IMG/VR virus record: IMGVR_UViG_3300032038_000015
Span: 1-64,000 of that record
Direction: 5' to 3' (one strand)
Length of the DNA stretch: 64,000 nucleotides
From: a virus
Taxonomy: Duplodnaviria > Caudoviricetes
Below, piece after piece: positions 29,692 through 39,032 of the stretch (positions are counted from its first letter, which is position 1; each line of letters begins with the position of its first letter). The translations under genes and the position numbers were made by a program. The notes under the pieces are model-generated. The model had not been told where the DNA came from, did no database searches, and worked only from the letters and a program-made list of their open reading frames with translations.

Positions 29692-29865
29692 ATAATTAAG
29701 ATTAGTAAATCTGAAATGGAATATCTTGTACAAAACGGTGTAAGATTTGGTGAAAATGGTATTCTCCATACAGTAGCCAGACATCGTAGGACGTATTATC
29801 TAACAGAATCGAAAAGATGTTTAGAGATGTTAAAAAATTATCGTTCTAAAGTAAAAATCGTATAG
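29692..29865 (+). CDS. Small phage protein with non-canonical (ATA/ATT) start
   Basis: IIKISKSEMEYLVQNGV...YYLTES; upstream in-frame TGA at 29683; RBS aagaagtga. Confidence 0.5.
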   Translation: MIKISKSEMEYLVQNGVRFGENGILHTVARHRRTYYLTESKRCLEMLKNYRSKVKIV

Positions 29866-29868
29866 CCT

Positions 29869-30177
29869 ATGGAAGAAAATGATTTCAGAATAGACAGATT
29901 AAAAGATGGAACATTTCGAGTAACAAGAACTGATATTGATGGTGATTATCATACACATATGAAAAGTAAGCAATTAGCTAAAACTGTTATTCATAATGTT
30001 TGCTATGGTAAAATTCCACTAAATTCACGAGATTATACATTAATTAGTATGTATAGATTGAGCAATGATGAAAAATATTGTAGTAAAATTCAGGAAATAT
30101 TAGATACTCGAAAACAAAAAGGAAAGAAAAATAATTATTATAATCCTAGCAGAAAACATTCTGGTGGGAATTTTTGA
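29869..30177 (+). CDS. Hypothetical protein
   Basis: ORF with HTH(M) motif. Confidence 0.7.
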   Translation: MEENDFRIDRLKDGTFRVTRTDIDGDYHTHMKSKQLAKTVIHNVCYGKIPLNSRDYTLISMYRLSNDEKYCSKIQEILDTRKQKGKKNNYYNPSRKHSGGNF

Positions 30178-30196
30178 TTTTTGGAGGAAAAAGGAA

Positions 30197-30424
30197 ATGG
30201 CAGCTAGTAAATTAAAGTTCACAAGAACAACTACAGACAAATTAACAGTAAAGGCAGGTACACTCTCAGATGATTGTACTACTATTAACTACACAGATGA
30301 GAATGATATGGAGCAGGAAATAAAGGTAACTGATCTGCTTACTTCATTTAAGAATCAGGTAATTGATTTTACTGTTGCATTAAAGACAGATGAGGAGCTG
30401 GATGTTCCGTCTAATGAAGAGTAA
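30197..30424 (+). CDS. YonK-like small protein
   Basis: Size, acidic tail, position before phosphoesterase. Confidence 0.55.
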   Translation: MAASKLKFTRTTTDKLTVKAGTLSDDCTTINYTDENDMEQEIKVTDLLTSFKNQVIDFTVALKTDEELDVPSNEE

Positions 30425-30442
30425 TAGAGAGTTGGTGAATGA

Positions 30443-31654
30443 TTGTTTAATATTGAAAAATTCAAAGAAGAACTTTCAAAATATGGACTAACTCTTGAAA
30501 CATATGACAAGATTATCACAGATATTGATTCAAAAATTGATGGTGAAAATGACTACGATTGGTCAGAAATCAAGGATAAATATGGGATTAATTGTAACTC
30601 AGACACTATTCGTAAGTCCTCTTCTACTCCATTTGGAGGTAAGATGAGAAGTGAGTATGAAAAGTATAAGGCTGGATTAAATCAGAATGTGTCTAAGAAT
30701 AGTGAATTGGATGTAAAAATTCAAGAACTAAGACGAGAGAAAATAAAACTATCTGATGCTAGAGTTGAATATAATAAACTCATTAGGCAGGAGGCTCGTA
30801 AAGAATCATATGCTGATATGGTTAAAAGAATCATTTGCGAAAATGTTGAACCAATGAATATTCCAGTACATTATACGTTATTTAACAGTTCAACAGATTT
30901 ACTTGTGCATTTAACAGATATTCATACTGGAATTGAGATACATAATTGGAAGAATGATTTTGATGAAGATATTTTAAAGAAACGAATTGAAAAATTCACT
31001 TCTGATATTCTTGACATCCGTGGAATGTATCAATCTGAAAACTGTTATCTTGTAATTGGCGAAATTCTTAGTGGAATTATTCATAATAATCTTCGATTAC
31101 AGAACAATATGGACTTAATGGAACAGTTTAAATACATTTCAGAACTGATTTCTGCTATGCTAATTAGATTAGCAAATCATTTTAACCATATTTATGTATA
31201 TACAACGCCTGGTAATCATTCTAGGATTTCCCCTAAGAAGGAAGAAGCTTTAGATGGCGAAAATATGGACATACTGCTACCTTTTTATTTAAAGGCAAGA
31301 ATGCAGAATGTAAAAAATATCACTATTTGTGATAATACAATTGAGCCAGAAATTGCAATGTTTAATATTCGTGGAAACAATATATTTGCTGCTCATGGTC
31401 ATAAAGATTCACCAAGTAATGTTGTGCAGAATTTTACAATGATGTTCAATATTAAGCCAGACATTGTATTGCTTGGACATAGGCATACTAATGCTATGGA
31501 AACAGTATATGATACAAAAGTGATACAGTCAGGGTGCGTATCAGGTGCGGATGCATATGCGATGTCAATTCGCAAGACAAATAAACCAGAACAAACAGTA
31601 TCGGTTATAGGCGATAATGGATTGATTTGCTTATATGACATACAACTTGACTAA
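30443..31654 (+). CDS. Metallophosphoesterase (YonJ-like)
   Basis: TDIHTG, GNH, HGH, GHRH motifs. Confidence 0.85.
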   Translation: MFNIEKFKEELSKYGLTLETYDKIITDIDSKIDGENDYDWSEIKDKYGINCNSDTIRKSSSTPFGGKMRSEYEKYKAGLNQNVSKNSELDVKIQELRREKIKLSDARVEYNKLIRQEARKESYADMVKRIICENVEPMNIPVHYTLFNSSTDLLVHLTDIHTGIEIHNWKNDFDEDILKKRIEKFTSDILDIRGMYQSENCYLVIGEILSGIIHNNLRLQNNMDLMEQFKYISELISAMLIRLANHFNHIYVYTTPGNHSRISPKKEEALDGENMDILLPFYLKARMQNVKNITICDNTIEPEIAMFNIRGNNIFAAHGHKDSPSNVVQNFTMMFNIKPDIVLLGHRHTNAMETVYDTKVIQSGCVSGADAYAMSIRKTNKPEQTVSVIGDNGLICLYDIQLD

Positions 31655-31763
31655 ATTAAATAACAATTGTAGTCCACTGTTCGGCTCAGTTTGGAGTAAT
31701 TGTGGAAGCAGATATTCACAGCTACAATTAATATATTATTTTGGCTGACGAAGCCACATTTGA

Positions 31764-33241
31764 GGTATTCAACAGTTTGATATAACTTATAAGGCTTTCG
31801 ACTGTGTTTCGATTATGTCTTTTTAGATTGAACTGTACTTTCAATCTTCTACTTCAAAATAAAGAGAATATAAAAGTAGGAGGTGAAAATAAAACATGAT
31901 AAAAACAATTCGAGTGATGTTGCTACCAAACAATAAGCAGAAAACTAAATTGTTTCAATATGCTAATACTGCTCGTTTTGCTTATAACTGGGCTTTAGGA
32001 AGAGAAAAAGAAAATTATAAGGCAGGTGGGAATTTTATCTCTGATTGTGATTTAAGAAAAGAATTTACACAGTTAAAGAAAAAAGATGAATATTCTTGGT
32101 TAAATAATATATCTAATAATGTAACAAAACAAGCAATAAAGGATGCTTGTAATGCATATAAGAGATTTTTTAAAGGATATTCAAAATTTCCGAAGTTTAA
32201 AAGTCGTAAATGTTCCACTCCGTCATTTTATCAAGATAATGTAAAAATCCAATTCACTGATACACATGTCAAGATAGAAGGGTTCTCTTCCTCTAAAAAG
32301 AAAAATAAACAGAAATTGAATTGGATTAGATTGGCAGAGCATGGACGCATTCCTACTGACCATAAATACACTAATCCTCGTATCAAATATGATGGGATAA
32401 ACTGGTATATTACTATTGGTATTGAATGTGAAGATTCTGCTACTCTTCCATCAAATGAAGGTATTGGAATTGATCTAGGAATTAAGGATTTGGCAATATG
32501 TTCTGATGGCAACAAATATCAGAATATAAATAAAACTCAAAAAGTTAAAAAGTTAGAAAAAAGAAAACGCAAGTTGCAGCGTTCTATATCAAGAAAATAT
32601 GAGAAAAACAGGAAAGGGGGAAGTTACTGTAAAACAAGTAACATTATAAAAAGTGAAAAAGAACTTTTAAAATTAAATCATAGACTAACGAATATTCGTC
32701 AGAACTATTTACATCAAACAACATCTGAGATTATAAAACGAGAACCAAGTTTTATTTGTATTGAAGATTTGAATGTAAAAGGAATGATGAAGAACAGACA
32801 TTTATCTAAAGCTGTTCAGCAACAATGTTTTGGAGAATTTAGACGACAAATTGAATATAAATCAGCATGGAATAATATTTCAGTAATCATTGCGGACAGA
32901 TTCTTTCCGAGTTCTAAATTGTGTAGTTGTTGTGGAAGCATCAAAAAAGATTTAAAGTTGTCAGATCGTATTTACATGTGTAAATGTGGAAATATTATTG
33001 ACAGAGATTATCAAGCAGCTTTAAATCTAAAAAGATATGGAGAAAATGTGATGAAACAATCTGTAGCATAACACTTTCAAGTTAATACAGATATGTACGG
33101 ATACGTTAGTTCGGAATTTACGCCTATGGAGTGTACAAGAACCTGTTAGTAGATATTGTAAAAATACAAATCAAAAGCATACACTTTGAAGTAGGAATGA
33201 AACATAAAAGTTTATAACTTTTTATAAGTTTTCAGTAACGG
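31764..33241 (+). mobile_element. IS607-family element lacking tnpA
   Basis: GG cores at 31764-65 and 33240-41; right ~170 nt nearly identical to 61381-61550. Confidence 0.8.
31896..33071 (+). CDS. tnpB: RNA-guided endonuclease TnpB
   Basis: GIDLG, IEDL, CSCC/CKCG zinc finger, DRDYQAALN. Confidence 0.95.
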   Translation: MIKTIRVMLLPNNKQKTKLFQYANTARFAYNWALGREKENYKAGGNFISDCDLRKEFTQLKKKDEYSWLNNISNNVTKQAIKDACNAYKRFFKGYSKFPKFKSRKCSTPSFYQDNVKIQFTDTHVKIEGFSSSKKKNKQKLNWIRLAEHGRIPTDHKYTNPRIKYDGINWYITIGIECEDSATLPSNEGIGIDLGIKDLAICSDGNKYQNINKTQKVKKLEKRKRKLQRSISRKYEKNRKGGSYCKTSNIIKSEKELLKLNHRLTNIRQNYLHQTTSEIIKREPSFICIEDLNVKGMMKNRHLSKAVQQQCFGEFRRQIEYKSAWNNISVIIADRFFPSSKLCSCCGSIKKDLKLSDRIYMCKCGNIIDRDYQAALNLKRYGENVMKQSVA

Positions 33242-33305
33242 GAGTGTACCTTATATGGATGCTACCCTCTTTTACTATGTAAATTTCTAAGAAAGGAATT
33301 TTCTT

Positions 33306-33680
33306 ATGAAAAAATATGAAAAGCCAATTATGACTATTATTGAAAATCAATCAGAAGGTATTTACATGGCAAGCGGTTGTTACACAACTACTGCTACTAT
33401 CCATCAAAGACCTGAAATTGGTAGAGGCGATTATCGTATTCAGATAAACGGAATACATAATGCTGACCATACTAAAGAGTCGCAGATTTTAACAATTAAT
33501 TTCAATATGCCAGTTGAATATGTTGGTTCTAATGGAAATCTGATTAGTGGAAATGATTCTACGGTTTTACAGATTAAACTGAACTATCATCAGAATCCTA
33601 ACGACAATATCGGAATTGGCGACTTAATTGTAAAGGCAGATAGCGGATTAAGTATTGTTGGTGTAAATATTACTGATTAA
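33306..33680 (+). CDS. Putative exported beta-rich protein with leader peptide
   Basis: MKKYEKPIMTIIENQSEGIYMASG leader. Confidence 0.65.
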   Translation: MKKYEKPIMTIIENQSEGIYMASGCYTTTATIHQRPEIGRGDYRIQINGIHNADHTKESQILTINFNMPVEYVGSNGNLISGNDSTVLQIKLNYHQNPNDNIGIGDLIVKADSGLSIVGVNITD

Positions 33681-33739
33681 AAAATATACCGAAAAGGTAA
33701 GAACAAAAATATTAAGGAAAATAAAGGAGAAAATTAAAA

Positions 33740-34027
33740 ATGGTAAAGAACGACGTATTAAGAAATGTAGCAGGTAAATTAGAAGGATGTTCGCAGAAGG
33801 ATATTGAAGCTGTTCTTTCGGCTTATGCTGAATTTGTAATTGAGACTCTTTCAAGTGATAAGACAGAGAAAGTTCCCATGATTGGAATTGGTAGCTTTAC
33901 TGCAAAGCATGTGAATGAGAAGTCTGGAATTGTTCAGCTTGGGGAGAACAAGGGTTCTACATGGCATAAAGATGCTGAGGATCAGTTAGTATTTAAGATT
34001 TCTAAGTCAGTTAAAACACTTGCATAA
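33740..34027 (+). CDS. HU-family DNA-binding protein
   Basis: MVKNDVLRNVA...KVPMIGIGSF...LVFKISKSVK. Confidence 0.85.
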   Translation: MVKNDVLRNVAGKLEGCSQKDIEAVLSAYAEFVIETLSSDKTEKVPMIGIGSFTAKHVNEKSGIVQLGENKGSTWHKDAEDQLVFKISKSVKTLA

Positions 34028-34038
34028 TCTGAAAGGTC

Positions 34039-34605
34039 GTGATTATTATTAAAACATTACATTTTGAAGACTATGAAAATTTTGCTTGTGCTGTTGCAGA
34101 TGCATATGACAGAGTAAAATCTGATGATGAATATAATTCAGTAGATGTTGTTGCTAAATATGAAGATGCAAAAGAGATTATTCGTGAACTTGTTGGAATA
34201 GGTTATGGTATTGCATTTATTGATGGGTTTGGCGATCCTGAATGGGACGGTTATGATGATGCTTTCGTTGTCAGCTTATTAGATGATGAAATTTGGTGTG
34301 AACCTGTAAAGCGAAAAGACGGTTATATCTTTGTTGAAGCTGATGTTGTATATATTTTTGACGATTGTAATTCTAAGATTATTCCAAAGATTGAATCTGA
34401 TGAGGTATATGAAGTAGAAATTGGCAATGAATATGATGATTGTGATAGTGATTGTAAAAATTGCGATTGTCATAATGTGGCTACTACTTCTTCTACTTCT
34501 TACGAAGTTAATGGCAAAGAAGTAACAAAAGAAGAATATGATAAGGCTGTTGAGGATATTTCAGGCTTTCTTAGTTTTGTAAATAAAATCTGGGATATCA
34601 TTTAA
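34039..34605 (+). CDS. Acidic hypothetical protein
   Basis: ORF, CDxDCxNC motif. Confidence 0.75.
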   Translation: MIIIKTLHFEDYENFACAVADAYDRVKSDDEYNSVDVVAKYEDAKEIIRELVGIGYGIAFIDGFGDPEWDGYDDAFVVSLLDDEIWCEPVKRKDGYIFVEADVVYIFDDCNSKIIPKIESDEVYEVEIGNEYDDCDSDCKNCDCHNVATTSSTSYEVNGKEVTKEEYDKAVEDISGFLSFVNKIWDII

Positions 34606-34656
34606 GTTGTTTAGAGTGTGTGGAGTGTGTGGTGTATATTGCACACTCTTTTTGTA

Positions 34657-34703
34657 TGGGCGAGATTAGGTTCTTCGTTGTGGTTCGATTCCACAGTCGT
34701 CCA
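34657..34703 (+). ncRNA. tRNA-like minihelix (acceptor stem plus T arm only)
   Basis: TGGGCGA/TCGTCCA stem; tgtgg-TTCGATT-ccaca T arm; only ~15 nt where D and anticodon arms belong. Confidence 0.55.
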
Positions 34704-34932
34704 TTTTTGATGTTTCTGTGAATGGAAACAGAGAATGTGAATATAGGTTGAACGGATAGTTCAGTGAAGAGTTTTATAGAATGGCATTGCTCTCCTATCT
34801 CTACCTTCGTTAGTGAAACGCATGTATAGGGTATGTTCCTATCGCACTAACTAGCGGAGAGGTACACGTTGTGAAACGTCAGTAAATCCTCTCCTTTTAC
34901 TAGAAAATATTTTTAGAAAAGGAGAAATTTAA

Positions 34933-35220
34933 ATGGATGAAATTATTTTAAAAGAAGAAAATGGTCAAGTATTGGCAAGTAGTCGAGATGTTGCTGAAAA
35001 GTTTGGAAAGAAACATGCTGAAGTTCTTTATTCTATTGAAGGACGTGTAGCATGGGACAAGACAAAGGGTAAAAATGTTGTAAAACATAATGGTTTGTTA
35101 ATGGGTGGTCATGACCAACTATTAAAAATGTTTATAAAAAATGAGTATATAGATTCTAAAGGTCGTACTCAATATGAATATTTAATGAACCGTGATGGTT
35201 TTTCTCTTCTTGTCAAGTGA
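34933..35220 (+). CDS. Rha-family phage regulatory protein (truncated)
   Basis: SSRDVAEKFGKKH...YLMNRDGFSLLV. Confidence 0.8.
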   Translation: MDEIILKEENGQVLASSRDVAEKFGKKHAEVLYSIEGRVAWDKTKGKNVVKHNGLLMGGHDQLLKMFIKNEYIDSKGRTQYEYLMNRDGFSLLVK

Positions 35221-36239
35221 CGAAACATTTTGGAACATTACAGAATCTATTAAAAAAAGCTGGTATTCAATCAACTACTAATCCAAACTTATTCAATAGA
35301 GAGCAATTATCGGATGAAGAAATGTTGGAAAATTATAAGAAGTTTGTTGAAGAACATTTGAAAACACATATGTTTTTACCAACAAATGATGATTTAGATA
35401 AATGCCAATCAATTCAGTGTACATCAGTATATATCAGTAGATTTGGTTCGTTTAATAATGTGAATAAACTTATTGGATATGAGGGATACAATAATAAGGT
35501 ATTAGAAGAAGACATGATTTTCAAATATAAGAGGGCTTGTAAGGAATATGGGACTGTGTTATCTAGCAGAGAGATAACAAAAATATCCAAAGCTACAAAT
35601 AATTATATTTATTCAACAGAAGCATATCTTAATCATTTTGGTACGTTACATAACTTACAAGAATTATGTGGTTTTGATAAAACAATTCCAGGTAGAGGTG
35701 CAACGAGAGAAGAACTTATTGAGAAATTACAATGGCTAGGTGATGTTTTAGGTCGTAGACCACTTGAATCTGACTTAAAATTATATAAAAGAATGCCATC
35801 TGGTAATGCATATTTTAAGGAGTTCGGAAGTTTCAGAAAAGCACTTAATGAAGCAGGATTTAAAAAACAAAAAATATATGAAACAAAAAACGGTACAAAA
35901 TGTCGTTCTACGTATGAGTTAAAATTAGCTCAAGTCTTAGAATCTTATAATATATCATTTGAAAACGAAGTTCTTTATAAAGATGTAATTCCCAATTTTA
36001 AGCGAAAATATAGATTTGATTTTGTCGTGGAGTTAAACAATCGAAATTATTATATTGAATTATTTGGTATTGAAGGTAACGAGTTATATGAAAAGCGAAA
36101 GCAGGAAAAGATTCAAATTTGCGAAGAAAACAATATTCCATTAATTCAATTATATCAAAGTGATATATATTCAAAAACTAATCAAGAAATTTATGAAACA
36201 TTATTTAATTATATAGAAGATTTGAAAGAAGTGGCGTAA
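35217..36239 (+). CDS. Homing endonuclease (HNH-associated repeats plus PD-(D/E)xK-like C-terminus), probably N-truncated
   Basis: Repeated Y..xFGS/T units; RSTYE...RFDF...YIELFG. Confidence 0.75.
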   Translation: MTKHFGTLQNLLKKAGIQSTTNPNLFNREQLSDEEMLENYKKFVEEHLKTHMFLPTNDDLDKCQSIQCTSVYISRFGSFNNVNKLIGYEGYNNKVLEEDMIFKYKRACKEYGTVLSSREITKISKATNNYIYSTEAYLNHFGTLHNLQELCGFDKTIPGRGATREELIEKLQWLGDVLGRRPLESDLKLYKRMPSGNAYFKEFGSFRKALNEAGFKKQKIYETKNGTKCRSTYELKLAQVLESYNISFENEVLYKDVIPNFKRKYRFDFVVELNNRNYYIELFGIEGNELYEKRKQEKIQICEENNIPLIQLYQSDIYSKTNQEIYETLFNYIEDLKEVA

Positions 36240-36277
36240 CTACTATTGTTATCTCACTTCTTTTTGTTTGAAAGGAA

Positions 36278-37309
36278 GTGATTGTATTGGACGGAAAGAT
36301 AGCAAATAGAACTGATGAGATTACGGAAGATGAATGGTTGGAAATAAATAAAACTAATAGAGATATGGTTCAAGACTATCTCGACAACCAATCCGATCTT
36401 TCTGTAAAAACTCGACCAGCGTATCGTTCGGGTTTGAGAATATTTTTCAAATATGTACATGATTATCTTGGGGACAAGGATTTTACACAGATTAAAAAGA
36501 AAGAATTTCAGAAATACCTGAATTGGCTAACGAATCGTGGCTTGTCAGATTCTGCTATTAAATTTAAAAAATCATGTGTAAGTGCATTTTGTAATTATGT
36601 AATGATGATGTATGAGGATGAGATGCCAACCTTCAGGAATTTCACCATCGGGTTAAAAGTGGTAAAAACTGGATATGTACATGAAAAAGTACCTCTTACG
36701 CCAGATGAATATGTTGCATTATGCGAAGAATTAGAAAGACGTGAAGAATGGCAAAAACTTGCATATGTTGTATTTTCTTATAGTACAGGATGTCGAAGAG
36801 CTGAAGCTAGACAGCTTCTTAAAGAAGTTGTTGATTATCCTGCCAAAGAAAAGAAAATTAAAATTCTCGATGAAGATGGCAAAGAGGTAGAAGCTATTTC
36901 AAGACAATATCAAACACATACCATAAGATGTAAGGGTGCTTCGATTCAAGGTAAACAAAGAAAGCTTAAATTTGGGGAAGATGCAATGCATTGGCTTAAA
37001 AAATGGATTGAAGTACGTGGAGATGATGATTGCCCTTATATGTTTGTTGTAAAAACTAAAGATGGTTCAAAGGTGCGACAGATTGGATATAGTGCATTCA
37101 ATGATTGGTGTATAAATGAATTTTCTGAAATTGTTGGTAGGCGTAGTACGCCACATAACTTCCGACGGAGTAGAGCGACCAATCTTGTATGTTATGACCA
37201 TCGTGCATTGGAAACAGCACAGAAACTTTTGGGACACGAATCTTCCGAAACCACTCAGATGTATGTGATTCGTGAAGACACTGAGGATGCCGATGAAGCT
37301 TTCGTCTAA
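36278..37309 (+). CDS. Tyrosine recombinase/integrase
   Basis: STGCRRAE, KG, HNFRR, LGH..SETTQMY catalytic set. Confidence 0.92.
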   Translation: MIVLDGKIANRTDEITEDEWLEINKTNRDMVQDYLDNQSDLSVKTRPAYRSGLRIFFKYVHDYLGDKDFTQIKKKEFQKYLNWLTNRGLSDSAIKFKKSCVSAFCNYVMMMYEDEMPTFRNFTIGLKVVKTGYVHEKVPLTPDEYVALCEELERREEWQKLAYVVFSYSTGCRRAEARQLLKEVVDYPAKEKKIKILDEDGKEVEAISRQYQTHTIRCKGASIQGKQRKLKFGEDAMHWLKKWIEVRGDDDCPYMFVVKTKDGSKVRQIGYSAFNDWCINEFSEIVGRRSTPHNFRRSRATNLVCYDHRALETAQKLLGHESSETTQMYVIREDTEDADEAFV

Positions 37310-37376
37310 TACTTAACGTCTAACACTTCGTCTAATTCCCTCTTGCACCACATTTGAATATGTGTTACAATACAAA

Positions 37377-37495
37377 GGAATTAAAGATAACAAATAAAAG
37401 ACACTATCCGTAAAGCAGAACGGTTGTCTTGAAATCAAATATTGGAAAGAACGAATCTAACCGCCATCAGTTTACCAGACCAGGGTGGTTATTTT
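37377..37495 (+). ncRNA. Putative type I antitoxin RNA
   Basis: TTGCAC-17-TACAAT (37343-37371), convergent with toxin; hairpin taaccgcc...gggtggtta. Confidence 0.55.
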
Positions 37496-37599
37496 CTTGC
37501 GTTCTCACCAATCTCATATCCAATCTTATATGCTGATGTACATAAAATACTAGCAATTCCTAAAGCATAATAAACAGTTTGTAATGAAATTGTTATCAT
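37489..37599 (-). CDS. Type I toxin-like hydrophobic peptide (36 aa)
   Basis: MITISLQTVYYALGIASILCTSAYKIGYEIGENARK; RBS aaggagg; TTGACA-17-TATAAT at 37736-37708. Confidence 0.7.
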   Translation of the reverse strand: MITISLQTVYYALGIASILCTSAYKIGYEIGENARK

Positions 37600-37920
37600 T
37601 TGCAAGTGTCCTCCTTTCATAAATTCCTCGAAAGGTTTCTATGTAAACAGAGCTTGTACTCTCTGGTGGAAGACAACCGCTCTACCGTCTTAGATAGTGT
37701 TGATGTTATTATATATCATCTGACGCATTCTGTCAAAATATTCCAAGTAAGTATAAATTTGAACAAGAAAGCATAGTAACGTGATATTCGAGCCGAGAGG
37801 TGACGACAATGTAGCGAACAAATAATAATCAATAAGCATAAATGGATTGCGAAAGTTTTCTAATTTAAAACTGCGTATGTACAGTCCAATATCAGCTAGT
37901 TAGTGCTTTATGCTGAACAT

Positions 37921-37992
37921 TGGGGTATCGCCAAGTGGTAAGGCACAGGAATTTGACTCCTGTATTTGTAGGTTCAAATCCTACTACCTCAG
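37921..37992 (+). tRNA. tRNA-Gln(UUG)
   Basis: tggggta/tacctca; cagga-atTTGac-tcctg; gtagg-ttcaaat-cctac. Confidence 0.85.
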
Positions 37993-38026
37993 TTATGATT
38001 AAAAGGAAACGAAAATAAAGAAAGGA

Positions 38027-38320
38027 GTGTATATAATGGCATATTTACAGGTTACTGAAAACGACTTGGAAATTGGTGATGTATTAAGTATTACAAGTGA
38101 TAATGGTAAAACTTTAAAAGCCTTGCAGATGCTTATTGGAAATCAGACAAAAGCAAGTATGAGTATTGATTTTGATAACAATTGTCTTGTTTTTAAAGTA
38201 AATGACACAGATATGAATTTACCACAATTACAGTGTAATTTGTCAAAGTCTACCATTAAAAATATGATTTGCGGATTAAAAGAATTTTACAATTTATTAA
38301 GTGAGGAGGCAACAGAATAA
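38027..38320 (+). CDS. Hypothetical protein
   Basis: ORF, RBS aaggag. Confidence 0.75.
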   Translation: MYIMAYLQVTENDLEIGDVLSITSDNGKTLKALQMLIGNQTKASMSIDFDNNCLVFKVNDTDMNLPQLQCNLSKSTIKNMICGLKEFYNLLSEEATE

Positions 38321-38796
38321 TGAAATTAGCACAGAAAACAGAAATTAACGAAGACGTAATCACAGTAAGTTTAAATGTTGAAGAATTGGGTGATAGCGTA
38401 AGAGATGCTGACACAGAGAAAAATCAGTTACATAATTTCGTAAGATATATCGAATATAACCAGATTGACTTCTCTGGGAATTTGAAACTTTCAGATACAG
38501 GAATTCCTGTGATTGTTACTGATGAGCCAGACGGTTCTACTATTGAAAAGGTTACAATCTCTGATTTAGTAAATAAAAAATATATCCTCGATGAGAATTT
38601 ATCTATTACACTTTCTATTGATATAAATAAAATTCCTACTACTTCTCTTGGTACAGTGTTTAATACTCCTGAAAAGTTAGGACAGGCAATGGCAGTTCTT
38701 TTCTTGGAAAAAGTGAAAGCTGCAATCACAACAAAATTAACAGAAATTAGAGCATTAGCTAACGATTTTGAAGCAGAAACTTCTGTTGTATTATAA
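38320..38796 (+). CDS. Hypothetical protein
   Basis: ORF, coupled to upstream gene. Confidence 0.75.
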   Translation: MKLAQKTEINEDVITVSLNVEELGDSVRDADTEKNQLHNFVRYIEYNQIDFSGNLKLSDTGIPVIVTDEPDGSTIEKVTISDLVNKKYILDENLSITLSIDINKIPTTSLGTVFNTPEKLGQAMAVLFLEKVKAAITTKLTEIRALANDFEAETSVVL

Positions 38797-38823
38797 TATA
38801 TTATTAAGGAGTAGTGTTAAATT

Positions 38824-39006
38824 TTGAAAAAGAAAATTGATAGAGAATATGGTACTCAAGATAGAAAAGAGATGTTTTATCTGATTGATAATGGCATCTC
38901 TTTTTTGTTTGCAAAAACCGATGAAAATGGAATAACTACTTGGAAGTTTAAGAAAAGTAAAGCTTTGTTTGATTTATTAAGTAACTATTATTCAAACAGA
39001 GAATAA
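38824..39006 (+). CDS. Small hypothetical protein
   Basis: TTG start, RBS aaggag. Confidence 0.6.
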   Translation: MKKKIDREYGTQDRKEMFYLIDNGISFLFAKTDENGITTWKFKKSKALFDLLSNYYSNRE

Positions 39007-39032
39007 ATATTTGAATAAAGGAGTAGAGAATT

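Noticed and set aside
31665-31755. Hairpin aattgtag...ctacaatt as ncRNA (similarly 37836-37915)
   Set aside because: Only a closing stem is visible; insufficient support without covariation
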